Source of the DNA: a virus
DNA length: 64,000 bases
Virus record (IMG/VR): IMGVR_UViG_3300038415_000014
Coordinates: 1-64,000 of that record
Strand: one strand, 5' to 3'
The position numbers and the translations under genes were made by a program. A model generated the notes under the pieces. It did no database searches. It was not told where the DNA came from and saw nothing but the letters and a program-made list of their open reading frames with translations. This document shows, piece after piece, positions 47,353-56,765 of this stretch (the stretch's first letter is position 1; each line of letters opens with the position of its first letter).

Positions 47353-48228
47353 CTAGCCAGCCTTCTTCTTGAGGGTATCGGAGTACTTGAGTAAGTAATT
47401 GACTGCTGAATAAAGGAGATCGGTGGAGTCCCTGAACATCCCAATACCCGCATTACACTTACTACACAAGAAACCACGCGGTTCGTTGGTTACATGGTCA
47501 TGGTCGACTACGGCCCCTCCCTGCCCTACTCGAAGGGGTTCACCGCAAATCTCACAAGGCTTTGCATAGTCAATTACGGTACCGTACTTGTTCTTAGATC
47601 TGTAGCAACTTCTGCATAACCCTGAATTACTAACCCTAGGCTTATCAGGGTGACACACTGAAGGTGGTTGCTCCTCAAAGCGCTTTCTACCGTAGCATGA
47701 CTTACAGACCCCAGACCCAATGACATGTTCAGGTTTATTTGGGTGACACTTCGATGGGTTATGCTTACTCTCTTTTTTAGGAAAGCATGAGAAGCAAATA
47801 CCAGAACCGACTATGTACTCAGGCCTACCAGGATGACACTTTGAAGGGCTTCTTGTCATCCTAACTTGTTCTGAGCGGCACGACTTACACAAACCTGAAC
47901 CGACTATGTACTCAGGTTTGTCAGGGTGGCACTTTGATGGGGAGTGCTTACTTATTCGTTGTGAGTCGCAGCAGGACTTGCATAACCCAGAGCCAACCAC
48001 AAATTCAGGCTTATCGGGGTGACACTTTGATGGCGAGTGGGTAGCTACTCTTTTAGAATCATAGCAAGCAGAACACAAACCAGAACCAATCACAATCTCT
48101 GGCTTATCTGGGTGGCACTTAGATGGAGAATGCTTACTTACTAGCAAGGCATGATAGCAAGAATTACACAAGCCACTAGCCTTCTCAGGTCTATCCGGAT
48201 GGCAAGTAGCCTTCTTTTCCGATTTCAT
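47353..48228 (-). mobile_element. Endonuclease VII-family (His-Me finger) homing endonuclease with 7 N-terminal Zn-finger repeats
   Basis: C-terminal CEICGE..VVDHDHVTNEPRGFLCSKCNAGIGMFRDS..AVNYL. Confidence 0.9.
47581..48207 (-). repeat. Seven tandem 27-31-aa repeats CHP[DGN][KR]P-x(3-6)-SG[LIV]CxxC
   Basis: Counted directly in the translation; DNA-level repeat of about 93 bp (e.g. GGGTG(G/A)CACTT(T/C)GATGG on the plus strand). Confidence 0.95.
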
Positions 48229-48237
48229 TTGAATCTC

Positions 48238-48243
48238 TACACC
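48238..48243 (-). promoter_or_regulatory. GGTGTA upstream element (EndoVII nuclease)
   Basis: AAGGTGTAGAGA, 9 nt before the ATG at 48228. Confidence 0.45.
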
Positions 48244-48255
48244 TTACTAGGTCAA

Positions 48256-50400
48256 TCAAAAGATCAAACTGAAGGCTGACACGAAAGAGCTGACATCAGT
48301 CCCTGCATATGCCAGGGCAACTCCAGCCGAGTACCCACCAGGACCTGAGGGGGGCTTCGTACCTCCAGCACCATCGATGGCTTTGATCCAACCTGGGATA
48401 CCCCCAGTCGTAGTAGGTACATTCAAGAAGTAGAAACCAGCTGTGAAACTATCCAAGAAGTTCAAGATCTCAATCAGGTACTTGATGAATCGTTCCAGGA
48501 CATCAATCTTGCGGGATACTGCATCAATGTAGGCTTTGATCTCGTCGATAGCTGACCTGAAGGCATCGGCGAGAGCATCAATGCGATTGAGTAAGTCATA
48601 GATGAATTGACCACTCCATGGGATGATGTCTCTTAGCAAACTGATGGATACCCAGTCAGGTGGCGTACCACCAAGCGTGAACGACTTGATGAAGTTGACT
48701 GCATCCAATAGATTCAGCCTAACATTCACATTTGTGTAAGCTGCTTCAGTTGTAGCATAGACAGCTGGGTAACAAACCTGGTCACCGGGGAAACCCTCAG
48801 GGATATTGTTGTAGGCCGTTACCATGGCCTCAATGGTTGTGTTGTGGCCATTGAAGTTACCATCTGAGGGGATTGGTCTCGGGATAGCCCCTTGGAACAA
48901 GTCCCGAAGAGGTATCAGCATGGCGCTATTCTCTAGGAGGGAAGATCCAACGGTCTGGGCCAACTGCGCTGATTGAAGCTTCACTGACAGGTAGTTCTGA
49001 GTAACATCCGGATAGTCACCGGTAGTTGGGTCCGCCGAGATGTTCCCTCCAAAGGATAGAGGCTCGATTTGAGATAGGGCGCCACCGATGTTGGTGAGAG
49101 ATCCACAGCCTACCTGGCTCGCGGGGGTACCATTGATGGGGAGCCCATTCTTGTCGAACTGTGAGTCCTTAGCCAACGGCTGTTGAAACCCAAGGGCGAA
49201 AGCCATCCTGAAGGTGTCTTCGAGGACCGTAATCACATCAAAGTCGGGCGGAATATTAGGAAGCCGACAAGTGAGAATTGGACTTGGGCGACCCATGACC
49301 ACAGGGTCGTTTGGGTCAGAGGAGGGCCACCTCTGAATCATCTCTTTGGTAGTGGCATCCACCTCGGGGGCAGGGAAGGTGATTTCATTCTCAGAGTCGA
49401 CATCGAGAGCCCCACTGAAGGCTCGAATGCGGTAGTAGTAGGTTGTGTCCTTGTTGACAGCGCTATCTATGTACCGGAACTTACCGAGTTGAAGCAGGGA
49501 GAATATCGAGGTCGCTGAAGTCGGGTCAAGCACGAAGTACTTCTGGAACTGACGGAAGACGTCCCCTTGCTCGTCCCTTACGACTACTTTGCGACTGATG
49601 GCCTTGCCAGTCTTATCCTCGAAGTTGGTCTGCGAGGTTGTGGTCATCGGGGTTGGACCCCCAGAGAGACTCGTTCTCTCAATGAGCCAACTCTTAGGGA
49701 TCAGTTCACTGGATACACTGGCGACCAAGTCGTTGAAGCCTGGGTCAGGCGGGTACTGATTGGTCGCCAGAGTCCACTCAAGGGCAAACCCCTTCAAAGT
49801 TGCTCCGAAGACTGATGCCACCTGCAGAATCGGGTCAATACTTGGGGTAGCATTGGTCCCGCTAGAAGTCCCGGGCTTGGTCCCCGCCGGAAAGATTCGA
49901 GCATTGGCCGGAGCAACATACTTGGCTGCAGTGATCTCTTTACCGAAGAATCGGAGGAGAATCTTCATCAGGCGCAACAAGGAATAGATGTTCGTAGCAT
50001 CAGCTACAATGAGTACGAACCCACTCTGCATACTCCCCGCGAGAGGCTGAGGTCGATAGGGGTCCTTAGCGTCAAACAGGGAGGCCTTGAAGCGCCCAGT
50101 GAACGCTTGATATCCTCCCTTATAGAGATCGAAGTTTGGGTCCCTCGTCGGATTCGGTATATCGAAGTACCCGTACAACCCTGTCCGCTTCAAGCTCTCG
50201 AATAGCTGCTGAAGGACAGCTAAGAGGGCCGTTACAATAGCTCGGATTGGGTTCCCAAAATCGATGAGGAACAAGCTGATCGTATTGAGAAGAGCCTTGA
50301 TGACCTCCAAGAAGGTAACGAGAACTTCAAGGGTTGAACGAACACTTTCGAGTTCATCCTTACCCGGGATCTTGATTTCTAATGCCTTCCAATCAGACAT
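48256..50400 (-). CDS. Hypothetical virion structural protein, 714 aa, with FN3-like segment
   Basis: FRYIDSAVNKDTTYYYRIRAF; amphipathic helical termini; tail operon context. Confidence 0.75.
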   Translation of the reverse strand: MSDWKALEIKIPGKDELESVRSTLEVLVTFLEVIKALLNTISLFLIDFGNPIRAIVTALLAVLQQLFESLKRTGLYGYFDIPNPTRDPNFDLYKGGYQAFTGRFKASLFDAKDPYRPQPLAGSMQSGFVLIVADATNIYSLLRLMKILLRFFGKEITAAKYVAPANARIFPAGTKPGTSSGTNATPSIDPILQVASVFGATLKGFALEWTLATNQYPPDPGFNDLVASVSSELIPKSWLIERTSLSGGPTPMTTTSQTNFEDKTGKAISRKVVVRDEQGDVFRQFQKYFVLDPTSATSIFSLLQLGKFRYIDSAVNKDTTYYYRIRAFSGALDVDSENEITFPAPEVDATTKEMIQRWPSSDPNDPVVMGRPSPILTCRLPNIPPDFDVITVLEDTFRMAFALGFQQPLAKDSQFDKNGLPINGTPASQVGCGSLTNIGGALSQIEPLSFGGNISADPTTGDYPDVTQNYLSVKLQSAQLAQTVGSSLLENSAMLIPLRDLFQGAIPRPIPSDGNFNGHNTTIEAMVTAYNNIPEGFPGDQVCYPAVYATTEAAYTNVNVRLNLLDAVNFIKSFTLGGTPPDWVSISLLRDIIPWSGQFIYDLLNRIDALADAFRSAIDEIKAYIDAVSRKIDVLERFIKYLIEILNFLDSFTAGFYFLNVPTTTGGIPGWIKAIDGAGGTKPPSGPGGYSAGVALAYAGTDVSSFVSAFSLIF

Positions 50401-50402
50401 AA

Positions 50403-50561
50403 TCAGCTTCCATAGGTGAGCCGCTCCAACTTTCGCCTCAAATCAGCTAGTTCTTTCTCTGAAGCAACTTGGGTGGCCTTCACGACTTCTCTGAGTTTGG
50501 AGACAATCCCAAACTCTTCCTTGTATTCCCATGCTGGTGGGGTCTGGTTGTCTTCTGGCAT
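50403..50561 (-). CDS. Small 52-aa protein (below track cutoff)
   Basis: Manual translation: MPEDNQTPPAWEYKEEFGIVSKLREVVKATQVASEKELADLRRKLERLTYGS*. TGATG coupling upstream and a 2-nt gap downstream. Confidence 0.75.
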   Translation of the reverse strand: MPEDNQTPPAWEYKEEFGIVSKLREVVKATQVASEKELADLRRKLERLTYGS

Positions 50562-53500
50562 CACTGCACCGCCAATAGCTTGATCATTGCGTTGAGGGCG
50601 TCTTGTTGAGCCTTGATCCGATTGGTTACAGCCCGTTGTTGCTGCACGAGGATACCAGTCTGGAAGTTGATTCGTTCGTCAATCCATGCATATCTTGAGT
50701 CATAGAGCTTGTCTGTGTCTGCAAGGACGGACTGAATAAACGAGACGGCATTCGCAACCTGAGTCTGACGAGCAGTATCAAGAGCTGGCCGAGAAGCGAT
50801 TAGTGTTGGATCAAGTTCGTTGGCATACGCTGATATATCTGGGTCCACTGTAACAGAAGAAATAGTATTGTTGTACCAAGTGGCTAAAGGTCCACCAAAG
50901 GTCACGCACTGTTGTAGAATTGTGAAGATCCCTTGAAGGGCTGGTTTTGAAGCTCCAAAGACATGGGCTACCCTAAAACTGATTGACCCAGCACTAGGTG
51001 ACCCATCGACCAACAGGTTATGGGCATTGATCACCTGAGTGACTTGGAAGATCCCCTCACTAGCTTGTGAGATCGGCGCGTAGATATAGTCCCCGACAAT
51101 CACTCCAGAAGCTATAAAGTCCACCGAGTTATCGGTGATGGTGTTCCCTGTCACTGTACCACTAGCTGTTGCCGGGCTGAGTCTATCGGTGAAAACACTG
51201 TCGAAGTAGCTCTGAAGTGATGGAATCTCCAGGTTGTTAACAATATTCCAGAGCCCATATGCAGCATTTTGCAGAGGCCCTAGGTCACTGAAGGTGTTCA
51301 ATGTGTTGCAGATTCTGTATGAACCAGAATCCAAGTCAGCGGTGAAACCAGAGTCCAAGGTAAGTTGGGTTTCAGAATCCACCGACACTATCTGACGTCT
51401 TTGATAGGTCCCACTTGCCTGAACCGCAACTACCGTGTACCCAGGGATCACTCCAGAGGATATGAAGGTAGCTGTTGGATCGATAAGGATAGTCCCAGTC
51501 GTGGATGCTGTTGATCCAGAAACAACGTTATTGGAGGTAGTGATCTCGAAGCTAAAGTTGGTGTCATTAGCTGCAAAAGCTGTTTCAGTAATCAAGTAGT
51601 TCGGGAAGACATACCTGATCACATGGAATCTCGGGTCTACTGAAGGGATACTACCTGTCAGGACCCGAACCAGATCCCCAGGTTGGGGTATGGGGCTCGG
51701 GAATGTCCCAGAGCTCAAGTAAAGAAGGGCATTACTGATGTCAAGGGATCCAATACCGATGAGTGGGTCAGAAACTATAGGAGGGTTGAGAAGCCCCCCG
51801 GACTGCACATAGCTTAGCTCAGTGGTCAAGTAGTCCGAGCTCAATGAGTTGCTCTCACAATTCAACGAAGGGTTGATCAATGGATAGCGTTGATCCCCAC
51901 TATCGTCCAAGGTCTGACCATAGAGCGCTGGGAACTTCTTAGGTGAGGTCGAGATGTTGCCAAAGAAAACCGTCCCCTGAAGCATGTCACCGCCAACAGG
52001 AGCTTGACCAATCACCGGGATAGGAACCACATACAGCAGATACCCATTTGTGGTGTCAAGAGTGACGTTTATTCCGACTCTATAGCTCATTGGAGGATAG
52101 GTTATATCCTGAACGCTCAAGTAAACTGTAGACCCAGCCGGGATGTCCACTGGAAGTGATGACACCCCAAGAGCTGTTGGGGAGACTGAGGTGATCGTTA
52201 GGGGTGAGGCGTCTGAGACATAAACCGTTGTAGGGTCAGCGACATCAACTAGCATCCCAGTTTCGAAGGCTGGTCGAAGCGGCGAGCTCGTAACTTCAGC
52301 CGTATTATCCACAAATAGTACCAGATCCCCTGTCTTGGCATCTTCAATCACCAAGGCCCGCTGAAGTCTCTTGAAGAACGTTGGACTTGACCCTGTGATA
52401 GGCTTGATCCCAAAGTTCATGATGGGATCACCCGTGTGGACCCCCTGTAGAATGACTTGGGCCACCGATGACACGGTCGGGTAAAACCGACTCTGAGTCC
52501 CTGACTGGTAGGCTCGAATAACATCCCCAAAAGCCAGGCTTATGACGTCATCGATCTGGTTGTTGGCTGTACTGATACTGACAGCTGGATTGCCTGTTGT
52601 TCCATCAAACTTGAAGCGCCCATCCCAATCACCTACAACACGCCCATCCATCTCCTGAAGCACATCTTCGAGATGGTTGATAGTATCGTTGTAGAAAAGA
52701 AGAGTAGCCCTCGCGACAATGTCTTCGTTGGCATACTCACCCTCATCGTAGAAGGCCGACTTATTACCTTGCTCGAACAACTGGGGCTGAGATGCATTTG
52801 CTACACGTGGACCACTTGACGGAACTGAAGCCGAGGCATCAGCCTGAAAAGCCGTCGCCATCTGACCTCGGAAGTTGGTCATTGTCTCTACACGAATGTA
52901 AAAGGAATCCGGAATGTAAGTAGACGCCGAGTAGACTAAGACCTGATTCAGGAGCCCATTGTTCTGGGTTGGAACAATCGTATGCGTGTAGGAAGAGAGG
53001 AGAGTACCCGGTTGGACAATCCGATACTTCGTGTAAAGTATTGATATTGCTTCATTTTGTTGTAGCGGTACGACAAGAGTAACCTTCCCAGTTTCGTCGA
53101 TCTTGAAGTCAGCCGGGGAGGAAAGTATCTGCCCAACCTGCCCTGTGACCTTTCGATACAAGAGGACAGTGTCCAATAGCGTGGTTGGTGGGGTCGTGAT
53201 GGGGATCGCCGGTGTCCCACTGGTCTGAAGATTGACCGTGGTTGCCTCATAGACGGGCCTCACGGAACGATACAACGTCGAGGTGGCATACCGGTACTCT
53301 CGGACTGTCGGGACCGTCAGAGTGACCGTGGTGGCATTCGAAGTAGCATCGTAACTCGAACCAGAGACCAAGTAGAACTCGTTTGCCACCCCTCCGGTGA
53401 GATACAAGATCTCGCCGGTGACATAGGTTCCAGAGAGGTCCTCGCCGGGGAAGATCACCTGATTCATCCCGCGCGAGATGTCATTGAAAGCTGAGGACTC

Positions 53501-56176
53501 CAAGACGAAGTAGACCGGTTGCGTCGACGGGATGTTGACCGGCCCTGACGAGATGTAGATCTTCGGGTTCGTCGCCGAGTCGCTGAAAACTTGTGGACTC
53601 AACAAGTTAATGGTGGTGATATCCGTGGTCGGATCGTACGACGGCGTGGCTAGGTAATAGACTGCTTCGGTTTCAATCCTGATCAGATAGTTGGCTGGGA
53701 ACTCCGCCGTCTTGTCACCACGAACCGTGAATAACGAGGACCCCGAGTTGATCTGTACTGGAGTGAGAATCAAATCAGGCTTGAGGATGACAACGGTGTT
53801 CTCCCCACCAAGTGCTTCGTAGGTGTTGTAGTCTATGTATACGTTTTCATTGGGATTTACAACAGGACCGTGAGGGAGAGTATTATCAACCGCATTGAAT
53901 CCTGATGGGGTTGGGAAAACATCCGGGAGGAAAGTGATTGTCGAGTGGGTAGTGTCGATTTGAACCTGAGTGGAGTCCTGCGGGCGACCGCCTCTAAAGA
54001 CTACAGGGGTTGGGTTCGAGGCCACCGTCAAACCGGTTGGGTTGAAGGTCATCAACGGAGTGGTATGGGCTGCAAGCTCTTTCCGATGAAGGAAAGTTCC
54101 ACGCTCATTCGTGAGAATTGGGTTCAGAACTGTGGAGTCTGGATTATCCTGGCTTGACGGATAGGTCAAGTTAATCTGGTCCCCGCTTAACAGGCGGAAC
54201 GTAGTCTGGAACGTTCCCAAACCACCACTCACTATGTAGTCCTTGCCTTGGACCAGTGTCGTCGTGACGTTGTTTCGAACCAGCTGAACCACTACATGAG
54301 GATCGATGAACTGGACCAGTTGGAAGTAGCGGTCAGCTAGAACCTCGGAACCTCGACGGACTTGATAGGCTAGGTTAGTGGGAGACCCAGAGATCTGGGC
54401 ATCTATTGTGAGATGGTGCTGGTCAGTGACTCCCGTGATGTTGTACACACCCTCATGCGCCCCAGTCACAATCACAAGGAGATCTCCAGCTAGTACTGAA
54501 CTGAAGTCTCCTGCGCTATCAAAGAAGACCAGAGGGTTTGGGGCTGCGCCCGTGGTACCGCTAGTGATGACTTCACCATACTGAGTGATGAAGGAGACAA
54601 CACCTGCATTGGAATCAAGAAGGACATCATCCCCAATAACTTGCGGAGTTCCATTCAATGTGAATGAGGCATTCGAGGGATCTATGAAGGGGTCTAGAGT
54701 CAGTGCTCCGGTCGGATGTAGAATTGAGGTGATCTGAGAATTAACTCTAGAGGCAAAAAAGAATTGCTTTTGGTCAAAGTCTAAGGTATAGCCAATACCT
54801 GTTGGGGGCGACGAGACATCCAAGCGTGGGAGCGGTCCGATGAACGACCCTGTTCCCTGCTCGACCAAGAAGGTCATTGGGTGATTGACATCATCCACCG
54901 GTAACACTGGTAGGAAGACCATCGGAGCGCCGATGATGGGGCTCGCCAAGCTTGCATTCGTGATTGAGTAGAATGCGGTAACATCCTTGACGTTAGGGTC
55001 TGATCCATCCAAGTCAACTGGGGATCTGAAGAGACGCAGAGAGATCCCATTCTCGATGAGAAGGTCCCCGAACACAATCTTCAGTGTGTAGCTAGAGTAG
55101 TTCAGGAAGTCAGCTGAGTAGAACCTGATCTGACCCGTATCAGCGGTGATCTGGACTTGGCCCGCCTTGTCTGCAACGAAGTGGGCATTGTCTTGAACCA
55201 GTACAAAGTTAGGGAACTGGTGGACAATGGCCGATCCGTTCATCACAAGGATGGCCAGGTCCTCTCCCGCGAGTGGTATGGGGTTCACATACAAGGTACC
55301 AGAACCAATAGTCGCCCCCGAGCTCCAACTGGAAAGAGCTTGGACTTCAAAAAGGATCCCATCATAGTAGACGGGAAACCCACTATAAGTATTAGAATCA
55401 ATTGAGTTAAAGTTCACTAAGCCCGTGTTTTGCGCCCACTGGAAGCTACCAGATGGTGGGTCAGTGAAACTAGCCTCGTTCGGTACAGGGATAGGGGTCA
55501 GGTAACCGCCGAACCCAAACTTGAGAAGTGGATGTTGGCTCGACCCAGGGATTGGGTTCAAGAGGACCTGGTCAGCCCCAACAAGTCCAATTTTACCGGT
55601 TGATTCCTTCAGTGAGAGGGGGGCCTGCTGTTGGAATAGGACGGTTTGACCTTCGTAGCTGGTAAGATCTCCGGTGTTCCAATTCAAGTTCCCAGTGGAC
55701 AAGCTGACTTCCACGGATCTGCTCGCCGGTGAGCCAAAGGAGGCATCATCTGGGACTGTACCGATTGAGAATGTGATCCCGCTACCAAGATACCCAAGGG
55801 CAATTCGGTAAGGAGCTGATCCCACAGGGATCAAGATCTTCAGCCGAGTAGTGTTGGAGTCAGGCCCAAGGACTCCAACCACCGTCCGCGCGCCACCTGG
55901 TAGCGGCTTGAAGTTCCCCACGGTTCCGTCGTAGTCAAACCTTTGGTTCCCAGTCTCGTTCTTCGTCCACCCGAACTCTGCAACAGGTAGGTTCCCATCT
56001 TGTAGGGCAATGACTAAGTACTCAGTTCGCCCAGGGGTTGTCTCGTTGCCTGGTGGAAAAGCACTATTGAATGCACCAAGGTCAGAGACTAAGTCATCAG
56101 GGCTCGCAGTGAAGGGGCTGTTGGCAGAGCCAACGCGAGGCTTCTCTAGTAAATATCCCTGCAGACTGAATGGCAT
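50561..56176 (-). CDS. Very large baseplate/tail structural protein, 1871 aa
   Basis: Beta-rich, repeated D..F..GV..GD modules, C-terminal coiled coil; tail operon. Confidence 0.8.
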   Translation of the reverse strand: MPFSLQGYLLEKPRVGSANSPFTASPDDLVSDLGAFNSAFPPGNETTPGRTEYLVIALQDGNLPVAEFGWTKNETGNQRFDYDGTVGNFKPLPGGARTVVGVLGPDSNTTRLKILIPVGSAPYRIALGYLGSGITFSIGTVPDDASFGSPASRSVEVSLSTGNLNWNTGDLTSYEGQTVLFQQQAPLSLKESTGKIGLVGADQVLLNPIPGSSQHPLLKFGFGGYLTPIPVPNEASFTDPPSGSFQWAQNTGLVNFNSIDSNTYSGFPVYYDGILFEVQALSSWSSGATIGSGTLYVNPIPLAGEDLAILVMNGSAIVHQFPNFVLVQDNAHFVADKAGQVQITADTGQIRFYSADFLNYSSYTLKIVFGDLLIENGISLRLFRSPVDLDGSDPNVKDVTAFYSITNASLASPIIGAPMVFLPVLPVDDVNHPMTFLVEQGTGSFIGPLPRLDVSSPPTGIGYTLDFDQKQFFFASRVNSQITSILHPTGALTLDPFIDPSNASFTLNGTPQVIGDDVLLDSNAGVVSFITQYGEVITSGTTGAAPNPLVFFDSAGDFSSVLAGDLLVIVTGAHEGVYNITGVTDQHHLTIDAQISGSPTNLAYQVRRGSEVLADRYFQLVQFIDPHVVVQLVRNNVTTTLVQGKDYIVSGGLGTFQTTFRLLSGDQINLTYPSSQDNPDSTVLNPILTNERGTFLHRKELAAHTTPLMTFNPTGLTVASNPTPVVFRGGRPQDSTQVQIDTTHSTITFLPDVFPTPSGFNAVDNTLPHGPVVNPNENVYIDYNTYEALGGENTVVILKPDLILTPVQINSGSSLFTVRGDKTAEFPANYLIRIETEAVYYLATPSYDPTTDITTINLLSPQVFSDSATNPKIYISSGPVNIPSTQPVYFVLESSAFNDISRGMNQVIFPGEDLSGTYVTGEILYLTGGVANEFYLVSGSSYDATSNATTVTLTVPTVREYRYATSTLYRSVRPVYEATTVNLQTSGTPAIPITTPPTTLLDTVLLYRKVTGQVGQILSSPADFKIDETGKVTLVVPLQQNEAISILYTKYRIVQPGTLLSSYTHTIVPTQNNGLLNQVLVYSASTYIPDSFYIRVETMTNFRGQMATAFQADASASVPSSGPRVANASQPQLFEQGNKSAFYDEGEYANEDIVARATLLFYNDTINHLEDVLQEMDGRVVGDWDGRFKFDGTTGNPAVSISTANNQIDDVISLAFGDVIRAYQSGTQSRFYPTVSSVAQVILQGVHTGDPIMNFGIKPITGSSPTFFKRLQRALVIEDAKTGDLVLFVDNTAEVTSSPLRPAFETGMLVDVADPTTVYVSDASPLTITSVSPTALGVSSLPVDIPAGSTVYLSVQDITYPPMSYRVGINVTLDTTNGYLLYVVPIPVIGQAPVGGDMLQGTVFFGNISTSPKKFPALYGQTLDDSGDQRYPLINPSLNCESNSLSSDYLTTELSYVQSGGLLNPPIVSDPLIGIGSLDISNALLYLSSGTFPSPIPQPGDLVRVLTGSIPSVDPRFHVIRYVFPNYLITETAFAANDTNFSFEITTSNNVVSGSTASTTGTILIDPTATFISSGVIPGYTVVAVQASGTYQRRQIVSVDSETQLTLDSGFTADLDSGSYRICNTLNTFSDLGPLQNAAYGLWNIVNNLEIPSLQSYFDSVFTDRLSPATASGTVTGNTITDNSVDFIASGVIVGDYIYAPISQASEGIFQVTQVINAHNLLVDGSPSAGSISFRVAHVFGASKPALQGIFTILQQCVTFGGPLATWYNNTISSVTVDPDISAYANELDPTLIASRPALDTARQTQVANAVSFIQSVLADTDKLYDSRYAWIDERINFQTGILVQQQRAVTNRIKAQQDALNAMIKLLAVQ

Positions 56177-56194
56177 CTGATCCTCATCTGAAAT

Positions 56195-56764
56195 CTAGAT
56201 TATCGAGCCGAAGCCTTTACCCGATGAGGGGGATGGGCCTCCTGCTCCTACAATGACAACTGGCAAAACAAGAGTCTGAAGAACCACCATGAGTGCAGAG
56301 GAGATCGCATTTGCCTTGGCAGAAGCCCCCTGGCCCGTGATACCAACGCTGGAAAACCCTTGCATAATCGAGGATACTGCGGGTGGTCCGCTGATCCTGG
56401 CTATCGCTCCTCCAGCCCCTACCGAAGGGTGAGTGGTATTCAAGATCCCTTGAGCCAAACCAATCGTGATCCCATTGGCTAACCCAACAGCCTCCAATGG
56501 AGCCATTGGCCCCAAGTGACCGTTAGCGGCATAGGCCACTAGAAGAGCCCCCATCAGAATCGGTTGAGGGACTAGGAACGGGAATAAGCCCTTACCAGTA
56601 CCAACAGCCCCGGTATCGACTGTAGATACCTTCAGTTTTTTGACCCAAAGAGTAAGCCCAAGACCTAACCCAGATGCTAACTTGGGCGTCGCCAGACCTA
56701 ACATCCCGCTACCGAGGAGAGCGGTTGTAATCGTGGCGCTGAGGACTGGGGCGACCAACGGCAT
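56195..56764 (-). CDS. Gly/Ala-rich hypothetical protein downstream of the spike
   Basis: Tiles with a 1-nt gap after the spike gene; hydrophobic. Confidence 0.75.
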   Translation of the reverse strand: MPLVAPVLSATITTALLGSGMLGLATPKLASGLGLGLTLWVKKLKVSTVDTGAVGTGKGLFPFLVPQPILMGALLVAYAANGHLGPMAPLEAVGLANGITIGLAQGILNTTHPSVGAGGAIARISGPPAVSSIMQGFSSVGITGQGASAKANAISSALMVVLQTLVLPVVIVGAGGPSPSSGKGFGSII

Positions 56765-56765
56765 G

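Noticed and set aside
9812-47477. Track start extensions for thyX (10915), polA (19705), tail fibre (34876), 46599-ORF (47477), 6008-ORF (7780) and 7798-ORF (8238)
   Set aside because: They overlap upstream genes extensively; downstream starts have SD sequences or stop-start coupling.
26960-48207. Repeat tracts as CRISPR arrays or DGR template/variable repeats
   Set aside because: Both repeat sets are in-frame coding repeats with no unique spacers or adenine-specific mismatches, and no reverse transcriptase or cas gene is present.
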